Origin: Pseudomonadota bacterium
Lineage (GTDB): Bacteria; Myxococcota; JACRCW01; JAFGSX01
Reading direction: 5' to 3'
DNA length: 64,000 nt
NCBI GenBank assembly: GCA_043821645.1
Contig: JBDRCO010000042.1
Location: 26,457-90,456, forward strand
Made by a program: the position numbers and the translations under genes. The notes beneath the pieces were generated by a model, which was given only the letters and a program-made list of their open reading frames with translations, was not told the DNA's origin and ran no database searches. Below, piece after piece: positions 17,343-26,804 of the stretch. The first letter of the stretch is position 1. The number at the start of each line of letters is the position of its first letter.

Positions 17343-20012
17343 ATGCGACCTGCGCCTGGCGACCGCTGCTGGTGTCACGACCTGCGCTTGTCCGTCGTGG
17401 CGATGCTGGCCACGAGCCTGCTCGGCGCCTGTCCACCGCCGCGCAGCGGACCCTGCGAACGGGACATCCACTGCGGCTCGACCCAGCTGTGCCGCGAGGG
17501 CTTCTGCGTCGACGCGGCCGGCCAGCGCCAGGACCTGCAGGTGTCGGGTTCGCACCTGGTCTACCGTCACGACCTGGGCCGCATCGATCTGTACCGCGAC
17601 GACGGGGCCGAGATCCTGCGCGGTGCCGGTGCCCTGGCCACCGCGGACAGTCTCGATGACTTTGCACGGCTGTTCTCGCTGGATCGCGCGCCCACGCGAC
17701 AGGTGCAACGCGAGGGCGTGATCACGGACCTGGGGCCTGCCCAGCGTCTGACCATCTCCGCTCCCGGTGACGACGAGAGGCCAGGCCTGCGCTGGATCAT
17801 CGACGCGCACGTGGTGCCGGGTTTCTTCACCTTCAGCCTCGAGCTGACCAACACCACCCCACAGACTCTGGCTCTCGCGCGGACCCAGCCGCTGTGCCTG
17901 CGTCCTGGCGGTGGGCTGTTCCTGGGACAGGATCCCGCGCGCCACCGCGTGCTCGAGAACGGCGCGTACACGGTCAAGGACTCCCACGTCGCCATCGTGC
18001 CCGGCGACCTTGCGCGCAACGACCTGCTGGGCACCCTGATCCCCGGCAACTACGCAGGTCATTCGGTGTCGAGCTGGAACCACAGCGTCGTCGACCTGGA
18101 CGGACCTGCGGTGTGGATCGCGGGTGCGCTCAGCTTCGACAACTCGTCGCCGGTGATGAACCTGGCCGCCCGGGCGCAGGGCCCTGTGGTCGCCGGGGAC
18201 GGACGGCAGGGCTTCGACGTGCTGAGCCTGGACTCGGTGTACCTGCCCGAGCTCAAACCCCTGGCACCGGGCGAGAGTTTCGCGTCCGAACGCTTCTACG
18301 TGCACCCCGGCGAGCGCGATGCCCTCGCCGGCCTCGAGCACTACGCCGACGCCCTCAAGCGCTCCCTGGACGTCACCCTGTGGACCGAGCGCCGGGCGGG
18401 CAACCGGGTGCCCAATGGCTGGAACTCCTGGTCGGGCTCGGGCGGCAGCGGCGGTTACGGCACGGACATCAACGAGGAGCTGATCCTGGCCAACTGCGAC
18501 GCCATGGCGCGCGAGCTGCGCGACTGGGGCATGGACTGGTTCCAGATCGACGATGGCTACGAGCCCCACTACGGTGACTGGACCTGGCGCAGCGATCGCT
18601 TTCCCCACGGCGCGCGCTGGCTCAGCGACGAGATCCGGGCGCGCGGCTTCAAGCCAGGTCTGTGGATCGCGCCGCTCACCCTGGACGCCGATTCCCGGAC
18701 CGTGGCCGAGCACCCGGACTGGATCGCCGACAGGAGCACCCTGGGCACCGTGCTCGCCAGCGGCTACGAACTGCTCGATCTGACCCACCCCGAGGTGCAG
18801 GAGTGGCTGCGGCAGCTGTTCCGCACCTTCCGCCAGGACTGGAACTACGACTGGCTCAAGATGGACTTCTCGTACTGGGCCCTGCTGGGCGCTGGCTTTC
18901 ACGACGCCACGGTCACCCGCGAGCAGGCCTACCGGCAGACCCTGCGCCTGATCCGGGAGGCCATAGGCGACGACACCTTCTTTCTCGCGGTGTCGGCCAT
19001 GGGGCCACACTACGGACTGGTCGACGCGGATCGCATCACCCTGGACAACATGCCCATCTGGGACTGGGCACCGCAGATAGGCGACGACGAGGTGCTGGAC
19101 CAGCAGGGGTTCAAACCCACCCTGCGCACCGTGAGCCGACGCTACTACCTGCACAACAAGGTCTGGCTCAACCACCCCGATCTGATCTTCTTTCGCTCCA
19201 ACCCCCTCGACCCGAGCTGGCCGCGGGTGACCTTGAGCGAGGCGCAGGCTTTTGCCAGCTTCGTCGCCTTGTCGGGCGGTATCGTCAAGCTGGGCGACCG
19301 CCTGGTCGACCTCACCGCCGAGCAGATCAACACCGTGCGCACCCTGCTGCCCATCTACGGCCAGGCCGCGCGGCCCCTGGATCTGTTCCACCGCGAGTTT
19401 GCCGAGACCTTTCACCTGCGCGTGGACGCGCCCCTGGACGGCTACGACGAGACCTACGACCTGGTCGGGCTGTTTCACTGGGGTCGCAACTGGGACCTGG
19501 ACCACGAACCGCCGCTGGAGCGGGTCGACGACGGAGAGGAGCGTCACGTCGTGCTCGACCTGGTCGACCTGGGCCTGGATCCCGGGCTTCGCTACCACGC
19601 CTACGAGTTCTGGACAGGGACGTATCTGGGACAGGTGCAGGGGCGTTTGATCACCGATGTGCCCTCGCACAGCGCGCGCGTCATCGCCCTGCGAACGGCC
19701 ATCGACAGGCCGCAGTTCGTGGGCTGGAACCGCCAGATCACCATGGGCGGCACGGTCCTCGGCCGTGTCACCTGGGACGCCGCGTCGCGCCTGTTGCACA
19801 CGCGCATGCAGGTCGCTGCAGACTCGATCCTGGCGCCCTTCGTGGTCGAGCTGGCCTATCACGTCGGCCCGGGTCGCCGCGTTGCCGAGCTTCGCAGCAG
19901 CGGAGCCCGGGTGCAGGATCTCGAGGCCACGATCGAGGGCGGGGTGCTGCGCGTGCGCTTCAGGGCGCGGCAGACCGGGCCGCTCGAGCTCTTCGTCCGC
20001 TTCGAGTCCTGA
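17343..20012 (+). CDS. Alpha-galactosidase-like glycoside hydrolase (GH36 / clan GH-D), probable lipoprotein
   Basis: Lipobox-like 'LLGAC' and a short Cys-rich motif. 'GWNSW', 'QIDDGY', 'GLWIAP', nucleophile motif 'LKMDF', and 'RITLD'. The track's upstream extension is out-of-frame MFS sequence. Confidence 0.8.
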   Translation: MRPAPGDRCWCHDLRLSVVAMLATSLLGACPPPRSGPCERDIHCGSTQLCREGFCVDAAGQRQDLQVSGSHLVYRHDLGRIDLYRDDGAEILRGAGALATADSLDDFARLFSLDRAPTRQVQREGVITDLGPAQRLTISAPGDDERPGLRWIIDAHVVPGFFTFSLELTNTTPQTLALARTQPLCLRPGGGLFLGQDPARHRVLENGAYTVKDSHVAIVPGDLARNDLLGTLIPGNYAGHSVSSWNHSVVDLDGPAVWIAGALSFDNSSPVMNLAARAQGPVVAGDGRQGFDVLSLDSVYLPELKPLAPGESFASERFYVHPGERDALAGLEHYADALKRSLDVTLWTERRAGNRVPNGWNSWSGSGGSGGYGTDINEELILANCDAMARELRDWGMDWFQIDDGYEPHYGDWTWRSDRFPHGARWLSDEIRARGFKPGLWIAPLTLDADSRTVAEHPDWIADRSTLGTVLASGYELLDLTHPEVQEWLRQLFRTFRQDWNYDWLKMDFSYWALLGAGFHDATVTREQAYRQTLRLIREAIGDDTFFLAVSAMGPHYGLVDADRITLDNMPIWDWAPQIGDDEVLDQQGFKPTLRTVSRRYYLHNKVWLNHPDLIFFRSNPLDPSWPRVTLSEAQAFASFVALSGGIVKLGDRLVDLTAEQINTVRTLLPIYGQAARPLDLFHREFAETFHLRVDAPLDGYDETYDLVGLFHWGRNWDLDHEPPLERVDDGEERHVVLDLVDLGLDPGLRYHAYEFWTGTYLGQVQGRLITDVPSHSARVIALRTAIDRPQFVGWNRQITMGGTVLGRVTWDAASRLLHTRMQVAADSILAPFVVELAYHVGPGRRVAELRSSGARVQDLEATIEGGVLRVRFRARQTGPLELFVRFES

Positions 20013-20019
20013 AACAGAC

Positions 20020-20904
20020 CTATCCTTCGAGCCCCTGTTCGTGCAGCCAGCCGGAGATCTCCCGGGCCACCCACGCCGGCTGCTCCAGGTGCGGGTTGTG
20101 ACCGCAAGCCTCGACCACGCAGGCGCGCGCCCGGGGCAGACTGTCGACGAGCCGCTGTCCCAGCGCCGACGGATGCACCCGGTCCCCATCTCCGTACACC
20201 ACCAGCGCGGGGGCCTGCACCCGACCGAGCCAGGCGTTCATGTCGGCGCGAAAGGCCGCGGCCACCCCCATCCGGGTGGCGGCCGTCCAGCCGCCCGCAG
20301 CGTCGAGGTGGGCCAGGCTGAGCCGGGCCATGGCGCGGGCCTGCTCGGGCTTGGTGCCGTGGTAATTGCCCAGCATCGCGGGTACCACCAGGGGGCGTCC
20401 CAGGGTGCGGAAGAACAGCTTGAAGACGCCCGGGTGACGCGCCGCCGGCGCCAGGATCTTCGGCAGTGGCGTCGAGAAACACAGCGGCGCCAGCAGCACC
20501 AGTGCCGCGACACGATCCGCTGCGTGGGCCGCCAGGTGCAGGGCCACGGCCCCGCCCAGGGAGTGTGCGACCAGGATCGCGCGTTCGATGCGCAGCGCGT
20601 CGAGCAGCTCCACGGTGCGGTCGCGCAGCCAGGGCACATCGTAGGGCGCCTGCGAGGGGCGATCCGAGTAGCCGCAGCCCGGCAGGTCCGCGGCGATGCT
20701 GCGCCTGGCCCCGTGTTCGCCCAGGGCGTCGCGCAGCGGCTGCCACACGTGACTGGCTGCCAGGTAGCCATGCAGCATCAGCAGCGGAAGGCCGCCGGCG
20801 TCGGGGTGATCCTCGACCAGGTGCCAGCGCACAGCGGCGGCTTCAACCTGCGTGCCCGGTGCCGCAGGTCGTGACGGGAACAGATCCGCGGCTGCGGACC
20901 ACAT
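20020..20904 (-). CDS. Alpha/beta-fold hydrolase
   Basis: 'LMLHGY', 'DLPGCGYS', nucleophile elbow 'AHSLGG', 'GDGD', 'CGHNPHLE'. The ATG sits directly after the radical SAM stop. Confidence 0.88.
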   Translation of the reverse strand: MWSAAADLFPSRPAAPGTQVEAAAVRWHLVEDHPDAGGLPLLMLHGYLAASHVWQPLRDALGEHGARRSIAADLPGCGYSDRPSQAPYDVPWLRDRTVELLDALRIERAILVAHSLGGAVALHLAAHAADRVAALVLLAPLCFSTPLPKILAPAARHPGVFKLFFRTLGRPLVVPAMLGNYHGTKPEQARAMARLSLAHLDAAGGWTAATRMGVAAAFRADMNAWLGRVQAPALVVYGDGDRVHPSALGQRLVDSLPRARACVVEACGHNPHLEQPAWVAREISGWLHEQGLEG

Positions 20905-20905
20905 C

Positions 20906-22183
20906 CTAGGCGGCGCTCTCCGAATCGTGGCAGGCGCAGGGGGCGCTCGACGCCACCGCGGTGGATTTCTCGCGCAGCTCGAGCAGGCGCTCCCAGCGCA
21001 CGGGCAGTGGCTCCCCGGGGGGCACCAGGTCCACGCTGCGGGCGCGGAAGCAGGCGTCCTGCATCCGGCAATGCCGCGCTTGCTGGCCCCACTCGTCGCT
21101 GCCGCGCATGCGATCCCAGATCGTCTCCAGCCGCTCGTCGGCCAGGTTGCCAAAGGTCACCGGGGTGAAGTCACAGGGGCACACGTCGCCCGAGGCCGAG
21201 ACGTAGCACTGGTAGAAACCCGCGAAGCAGCCGAAGCCATCTGGGGAATTGATCCAGGACTGCCCCATGACGCCGGGTCCGCCCGGGGTGGCATTGACCT
21301 CCATGGTGCGGCGGCGCAGGTAGTCGCGGTCCTGCAGGGTCAGCAGGTGCCTCAGCTCGTCGTCGCGCATGGCACCTGAGGGCACCGCGTCGAACAGGAA
21401 GAGCTGGTGCGCGCCACGCTCGGTGGTGAGCTGCAGCATGCGGTCGAACAGACCCGCGCTCACACCCTCGTGCGACACGTAGGACGAGATGCCGACCAGG
21501 GAGCCCGCCTCGAGCAATGCCTCGATGGCCCGGGTGGTCTCGGCGAAGGAGCCAGGGTGACGTCGGTAGCGATCGTGGCTCTCGGGGTCCGGCCCATCCA
21601 CGCTGACCAGGGCCGCGTTGAGCCCGGCGGCCCGCAGCTCACCGGCGAAGGCGCGATCCAGGCGTGCGCCATTGGTGAACATGCTCACGGCGGCCTTGTC
21701 CCGCGGCACATGAGCGACCAGGTCGAGCAGGCGTGGATACAGCGTGGGTTCGCCACCGGTGAGGACGATGGAGGCGGCACCCATGGCCAGCGCCTGGTCG
21801 AACAGATCGATGAGCTGCTCGTGGCGCAGCGCCTTGCGGCCACTCTTCATGTAGTCCCGCGCCGAGCAGTGCATGCAATCGCAGTGGCAGGCGTGGGTGA
21901 TGGCGATGACCGCACTGATGGGTCGCGCCGGCCGCTTGAGCAGGTGAAAGCTCGCGCCCATCTCGAGCACGCGCTGGTTGGCCTCGGAGTAGAGTGGCGC
22001 CTGGGTCAGATCGTACGCAGGCAGACCGTTGACCAGGGCCAGGGGCTTGAAGCTCGCCAGCTTGTTGTTGAAGCGCTTGAGGTATTCGCGAAACAAGGCG
22101 GCCTTGAGTCCGTGGGCACGCTGCACGCCGGGATAGTGCAGCTCAGGAAGGGTTTGCTGATCAAGCTGCGCAAAGAAATCCAT
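20906..22183 (-). CDS. Radical SAM protein with C-terminal SPASM/twitch domain
   Basis: 'CHCDCMHC' (CxxxCxxC), 'LTGGEP', 'FTNG', 'SVDG', and 'GCFAG..QCYVSASGDVCPCDF...CRM'. Start uncertain (22183 or 22273). Confidence 0.88.
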   Translation of the reverse strand: MDFFAQLDQQTLPELHYPGVQRAHGLKAALFREYLKRFNNKLASFKPLALVNGLPAYDLTQAPLYSEANQRVLEMGASFHLLKRPARPISAVIAITHACHCDCMHCSARDYMKSGRKALRHEQLIDLFDQALAMGAASIVLTGGEPTLYPRLLDLVAHVPRDKAAVSMFTNGARLDRAFAGELRAAGLNAALVSVDGPDPESHDRYRRHPGSFAETTRAIEALLEAGSLVGISSYVSHEGVSAGLFDRMLQLTTERGAHQLFLFDAVPSGAMRDDELRHLLTLQDRDYLRRRTMEVNATPGGPGVMGQSWINSPDGFGCFAGFYQCYVSASGDVCPCDFTPVTFGNLADERLETIWDRMRGSDEWGQQARHCRMQDACFRARSVDLVPPGEPLPVRWERLLELREKSTAVASSAPCACHDSESAA

Positions 22184-22191
22184 GCCGTCTT

Positions 22192-22269
22192 CTATCTCGT
22201 CGACAGGGCCTTTGTCATGCGCTCGCGCCCGCATGGCATCTGGGTGTGGGGGTATGTCCCACCTTTCAT
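22192..22269 (-). CDS. Candidate 25-aa small ORF (MKGGTYPHTQMPCGRERMTKALSTR): possible leader or precursor peptide
   Basis: GGAGG lies 7 nt upstream of ATG 22269, and the TAG ends 8 nt before the radical SAM ATG 22183. Not in the ORF track. Confidence 0.3.
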   Translation of the reverse strand: MKGGTYPHTQMPCGRERMTKALSTR

Positions 22270-22454
22270 GCATTATCCTCCACCGTGCGTGCGCCCTCGA
22301 TTTCCTGCAGCAGTTGTCCCCGCTGCGGCCGTCCTGGCTAGCCCATGGCCGCACACGGACGGCATTTTCCGCAATGCGCCTTACATTTCCAGGGGCCGAC
22401 GCGCAGCCACGCGAGAGATGGGGTAGAGTGGAAACAGGTGGGGGCGGAGCGCAG

Positions 22455-23924
22455 ATGACGGATCCTGCTCTCGCCGAGGCCGTCGAGCCGACGGCGAACG
22501 ATACCTCCGACATTGCCCTGGTGCTGCGCAACGCCCAGCACCATTTCAAGCAGGCGGCGCATACCCTGCGACGCATCCGTCGCGACTACGGCGAGGACGT
22601 GCTGCTCCGGGTGGACCTGTTCGCAGATCCTCCAGCCCTGGTGCTGTGTCTGCTGCACTTCGCGCCCCACAGCCTCGACGACAGGGTGATGACCGAGCTG
22701 CAGGAACTGGCCCGCATGAGTGCGCTGCGGGTGCTGAAGCTCTCGAGCTTGACCCCGGACAGGCGGGAAGACTTCTACCAGCGGCAGCTCGGGCGCTTCG
22801 CGGTGCAGGAGCTCGAGGTCGCCGACATGGACACGGCACTCGCCGTCGTCGAAGGAGCCCTGCGCGACGCCATGGCGCAAGATCAGGAGGCGCTGGCGTG
22901 CCCGCGCCTCGAGCGCCACTTCGTCGACGTCGATGCTTTTCTGGCGGCCTACAGCGGCCGCTCCACGGACCCGGACCTGTTCCTCGACGAGGTTGGCGAC
23001 CTGATCGAGGGGCAGCGCGTGACCGTGCAGCTTCGCGTCGGTGAGCGCCTGGGCCCCATCGAGCTGTCGGCCAGGATCCAGCATGTGGGCGGGAATCCGG
23101 CGAACACGGGAGGCATGCGCCTGGGCCTGCGCTTGTTGTTGCCCCCCACCGAGCAGATCGCCTGGGAGGCTTTTCTCATCGCGGCCATGCGCAACGAGTC
23201 GTGGCCTGGCCTGTCCGGTCGCCGCTACGAGCGCTTCCCGGTCGAGCTGCGGGTCGACTACACCGTGGAGCAGGAGCCGCGGCGGGAGGTGGTGCGCAAC
23301 CTGAGCCGGGGCGGGTTCTTCCTCGACAGCTTCGATCCGCCTCCCCTCGGCGAGACCCTGGACCTCGCGCTGTACACGCCGGGCAGCGAGCAGCCCACCA
23401 TGCTGCGCGGCCGGGTGGTGTGGTCGCGGCGTGCGGACCGGGCTGGCTCCAGTGGCCTGCCTGTGGGGGCGGGCATCGAGTTCGTGGATGATCCGCAGCG
23501 CATCGACGAGGCGGTGAGCGCCTTGCTGCAGCCCTTCGTGCGCAACACGGTGCGGCGGGTGCTGCTGGCCGACGACGATCGCTTCTACCGGGCTCTGCTC
23601 GGGCACACGCTGCACCTCGCTGGACTGGCCGTGCTCCAGGCCACAGACGGAGACGAGGCTTTTCGCCTGGTGCTCGACGAACTCATGGATCTGGACCTCA
23701 TCGTGCTCGACCTGTACATGCCGGGCATGCCGGTGCCCGAGCTGCTCGAGGCGATTCGCGACATCCGCACCGACAGACAGATCCCCGTACTCGTCGTCAC
23801 CGGCGCCGAGGTCGAACCGGCGCTCCAGCAGAGCCTGGCGGCGCTGGGCGTGCGGGCCGTGCTGTCCAAGACCGCGTCCGGCGAGGTGCTGCTGAAGAAG
23901 ATCGAGGACGTGCTCGCGGGCTGA
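22455..23924 (+). CDS. Tandem PilZ-domain (myxobacterial type) plus receiver-domain protein
   Basis: The second PilZ has RxxxR ('RRYERFP') and 'NLSRGG'; the first is degenerate. C-terminal REC 'LLADDD...VLDLYMP...VVTG...SK'. Confidence 0.85.
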   Translation: MTDPALAEAVEPTANDTSDIALVLRNAQHHFKQAAHTLRRIRRDYGEDVLLRVDLFADPPALVLCLLHFAPHSLDDRVMTELQELARMSALRVLKLSSLTPDRREDFYQRQLGRFAVQELEVADMDTALAVVEGALRDAMAQDQEALACPRLERHFVDVDAFLAAYSGRSTDPDLFLDEVGDLIEGQRVTVQLRVGERLGPIELSARIQHVGGNPANTGGMRLGLRLLLPPTEQIAWEAFLIAAMRNESWPGLSGRRYERFPVELRVDYTVEQEPRREVVRNLSRGGFFLDSFDPPPLGETLDLALYTPGSEQPTMLRGRVVWSRRADRAGSSGLPVGAGIEFVDDPQRIDEAVSALLQPFVRNTVRRVLLADDDRFYRALLGHTLHLAGLAVLQATDGDEAFRLVLDELMDLDLIVLDLYMPGMPVPELLEAIRDIRTDRQIPVLVVTGAEVEPALQQSLAALGVRAVLSKTASGEVLLKKIEDVLAG

Positions 23925-24018
23925 GTGCCCGCAACCAGCGCGCGATGCTTCGCGCTGGGCAGCCCACAAGCGTTCTGGCAAGCTCCTATGACGGGAGAAT
24001 GCAGTACGCGAGCAGGTC

Positions 24019-24669
24019 ATGGTGAAAAAAGCAGCGGTTTCTTCTGCCCGACGACGGCCAGGCCGCCCACGGCATCCCGTGACCCGCGAGCAGCTCCTCG
24101 CGGCGGCGCGTACCGTGTTTGCCGAGCAGGGTTTTGCCGCGGGATCCATGACCAGCGTGGCCGAGCAGGTCGGCATCCGCAAGGCCTCCCTGTTTCACCA
24201 CTTCGCCAGCAAGGATGCGCTGTACCAGGAGGTCATGACAGCCACCCTTCTCGAGCTCGGCCAGCTTCTGGCGCGGGTGAGCGACAGTCTGACGGGCGAT
24301 TTTGGGCAGCGGCTCGATCTCTTGACGCGCGAACTCAATGCCTACCTGGGTGAGCACCTCGAGGTGACGCGCCTGCTGTTCCGCGATCTGCTGTTCGACG
24401 GTCCCTTCTTTGCTGGCCGCGGTCGCCAGCTGGTGATGCAGGTGTTCCAGGGCACCGTGCAGTTCTTCGAGCGGGACATGGACTCAGGAGTGCTCCCTCG
24501 CCAGGACGCTCGCCACCTGGTGCTGACCATGCTCGGCGTGCACTTCACCTACTGGGCCGCAGAGGTCCTGCGCCGCGAGGCCTTCGGGGACACCGAGGAC
24601 GGTGGTGTTTTGCAGCGCGCCGAGGTGGTGCGCCGGCAGGTGCGCTGGATGTGCGGCCTGCCTGCCTGA
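24019..24669 (+). CDS. TetR/AcrR family transcriptional regulator
   Basis: 'REQLLAAARTVFAEQGF...VAEQVGIRKASLFHHFASKDALY'. Confidence 0.92.
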   Translation: MVKKAAVSSARRRPGRPRHPVTREQLLAAARTVFAEQGFAAGSMTSVAEQVGIRKASLFHHFASKDALYQEVMTATLLELGQLLARVSDSLTGDFGQRLDLLTRELNAYLGEHLEVTRLLFRDLLFDGPFFAGRGRQLVMQVFQGTVQFFERDMDSGVLPRQDARHLVLTMLGVHFTYWAAEVLRREAFGDTEDGGVLQRAEVVRRQVRWMCGLPA

Positions 24670-24737
24670 TCCGGCCAAATCTCCTGCTTCCATACTACTA
24701 TGAGCACGCAAGTGTTGTTGCGCGCAGGAGACCCATC

Positions 24738-26792
24738 ATGCCCATGAAGATCCGAGACACCGCTCGTCGCCTGGTCCAGGACGGACAGCTCGATCGCCAG
24801 GACGTGGCCAAGATCGTCGACTCGGCCAAGGACTGGGGCATGGTCACGCGCGCCGAGAAGAGCGAGCTGAAGAACCTGCTGACCCAGTACGCGGACAAGT
24901 TCACCCCCGAGGCCAGGCAGGATCTGGAGCGCTACCTGGGGCTGCCCGGGTCGCCGAGCACGCCCTCGACACCGACCGTGCCGGGGAGCCCAGCGCCGAC
25001 CTCGAGCCGCAGCCTGGGGACCAACCCGGGTGGCGAAGCCGTGGTGCTCAAGGGCGGGCTCTTCGTGGCCACTGCCGACGCCCCGCTGCCGAACACCGCG
25101 GTCGAGCTGGGCGACAGCCTGTACCGCGCCGCGTCGCTGATCGCGGCCTCGGATCCCAAAACCAACGTTTTCGCCGGGCTGTCTCTCGACGAGAAGAAGG
25201 CCGTGTTCGGTCAGCTGCAGGCCAGCCTGCTCAAGGCGCCACCTGACACCGATATCCCTCAGGGTTTTCAAGACGCCCTGCAGCCGCGCCAGCTGCGCTC
25301 GTCGGCGGCCACCGCCATGCTCGAGCTCATGCGCTCCTGCGACAAAAGCCAGCCCGAGGAGCGGCTGCTGCAGGACAGCGCGCTCAAGACCTATGCGGCC
25401 ATGGCCGAAAAGGAGACGGCGTCCATCCTGCGCGACTCCATGGTGTTTCAGCTGCACAACAACAAGGACTGCCTGGCCAATGCCGACCAGCGCGAGCTGA
25501 GCGACCGCCTCATGCGTCTGTTCGCGCCGACCCAGCCGCCCTACGACGAGTGGTTCGCGAACGGCAACAAGCAGCTCAATGTGGTGTGCCACACCGGCGG
25601 CGAGTTCTTCGACGGCGAGGTGCGGCGCTGGAAGGGCTCGGGCTTCAAGGAGGTCGGCACGGCCTCGTCGAGCCAGGTGGAGCTGGAGAAGACCTTCGAG
25701 CGCAACGGCGTCGAGACCACCGTGCGCCTGACCATGGTCAACGGCTCGGGGGGATCCTTCGACAAGATGGATGATCCGAACACGCACATCGTCGCGTACT
25801 CGGGCCACGCGTCGTGGGGCAAGACCGTGCCGCGAGAGATGCGCGGCGCGCCGGAGCAGGCTGGGGCCAAGCTGATGCTGGTTAACCAGTGCTGCGGCCG
25901 CGGCTCCATCAACAAGTTCAAAGACAAGTACCCCGAGTCCCAACTCATCACCACGCGCAACTCCAGCTACGAGCACGAGGACTTCAACACCTTCAGCAAG
26001 ACCATCCAGGGTATCGCCGAGCGCAAGAGCTGGGCCGCCATCAGCAACGAGATCCGCGGCGATCGCTACAGCAACAGCCGCGACAACTACTACTTCCCGT
26101 CGGACGCCATGTTGCGCATGCGCGCCCTGGACCGCGACCACGACGGCGTGCAGGACATCGTCGACAGGCTGGTCAGCTTCAACACCTTCAACGTGGCCGA
26201 GGACACTGCGCGCGAGTTCACGCCGCGCGATGCGGGTCAGCCCGCGGATCGCCTCGACGGCACCAAGGTGCACGAGGCGGCCCAGATCATGAACACCACG
26301 ACCCACTTCTCGGACTTCACCGAGCACCACGGCACCGGCGAGTCCTTTTACGGTGCGGGCTTCTTTGCGCCCAAGGGCGACGACGACCCCATGGTGCGCA
26401 TCACCTCCGACCGCCTGGGTGGCATCCAGAGTTACAGGGTCGAGGTCAATGCCCGCCACGCCCACGCCAGCGAGGAGGCCATCAAGGCCGAGGCCTTCTT
26501 CACCCTGGCGCACACCCCGCCCATCAAGGTTGCCAGCGACAGCAGCGTCGACACCTGCCTCAAGGGGCTGATCCTGGCCGCGCACTCCCTCGACGTGGAC
26601 TCGGGTTACCGCGACGACGAGATCTTCAAGGGCCTGCTCAAGAAGCACGGCCTGCCCGAGATCGACCTGTGGACGGTCAAGCCCTGCGTCGAGCTCAACC
26701 ACGTCTACGCCGGCAGTGACGCTTCCATTCGCAAGCTGCGCGAGAAGCTCGGCCCCCAGAAGCTGGACGAGCTCAAGGCCGCGCTGGGGTAG
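24738..26792 (+). CDS. Large hypothetical protein with a putative caspase-hemoglobinase-fold His/Cys dyad
   Basis: AGGAG RBS and coding-like composition. 'IVAYSGHA' ... 'LMLVNQCC' motifs and a 'DRDHDG' Ca-binding-like loop. No signal peptide seen. Confidence 0.7.
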   Translation: MPMKIRDTARRLVQDGQLDRQDVAKIVDSAKDWGMVTRAEKSELKNLLTQYADKFTPEARQDLERYLGLPGSPSTPSTPTVPGSPAPTSSRSLGTNPGGEAVVLKGGLFVATADAPLPNTAVELGDSLYRAASLIAASDPKTNVFAGLSLDEKKAVFGQLQASLLKAPPDTDIPQGFQDALQPRQLRSSAATAMLELMRSCDKSQPEERLLQDSALKTYAAMAEKETASILRDSMVFQLHNNKDCLANADQRELSDRLMRLFAPTQPPYDEWFANGNKQLNVVCHTGGEFFDGEVRRWKGSGFKEVGTASSSQVELEKTFERNGVETTVRLTMVNGSGGSFDKMDDPNTHIVAYSGHASWGKTVPREMRGAPEQAGAKLMLVNQCCGRGSINKFKDKYPESQLITTRNSSYEHEDFNTFSKTIQGIAERKSWAAISNEIRGDRYSNSRDNYYFPSDAMLRMRALDRDHDGVQDIVDRLVSFNTFNVAEDTAREFTPRDAGQPADRLDGTKVHEAAQIMNTTTHFSDFTEHHGTGESFYGAGFFAPKGDDDPMVRITSDRLGGIQSYRVEVNARHAHASEEAIKAEAFFTLAHTPPIKVASDSSVDTCLKGLILAAHSLDVDSGYRDDEIFKGLLKKHGLPEIDLWTVKPCVELNHVYAGSDASIRKLREKLGPQKLDELKAALG

Positions 26793-26804
26793 GAAGCGTC
26801 CCGC

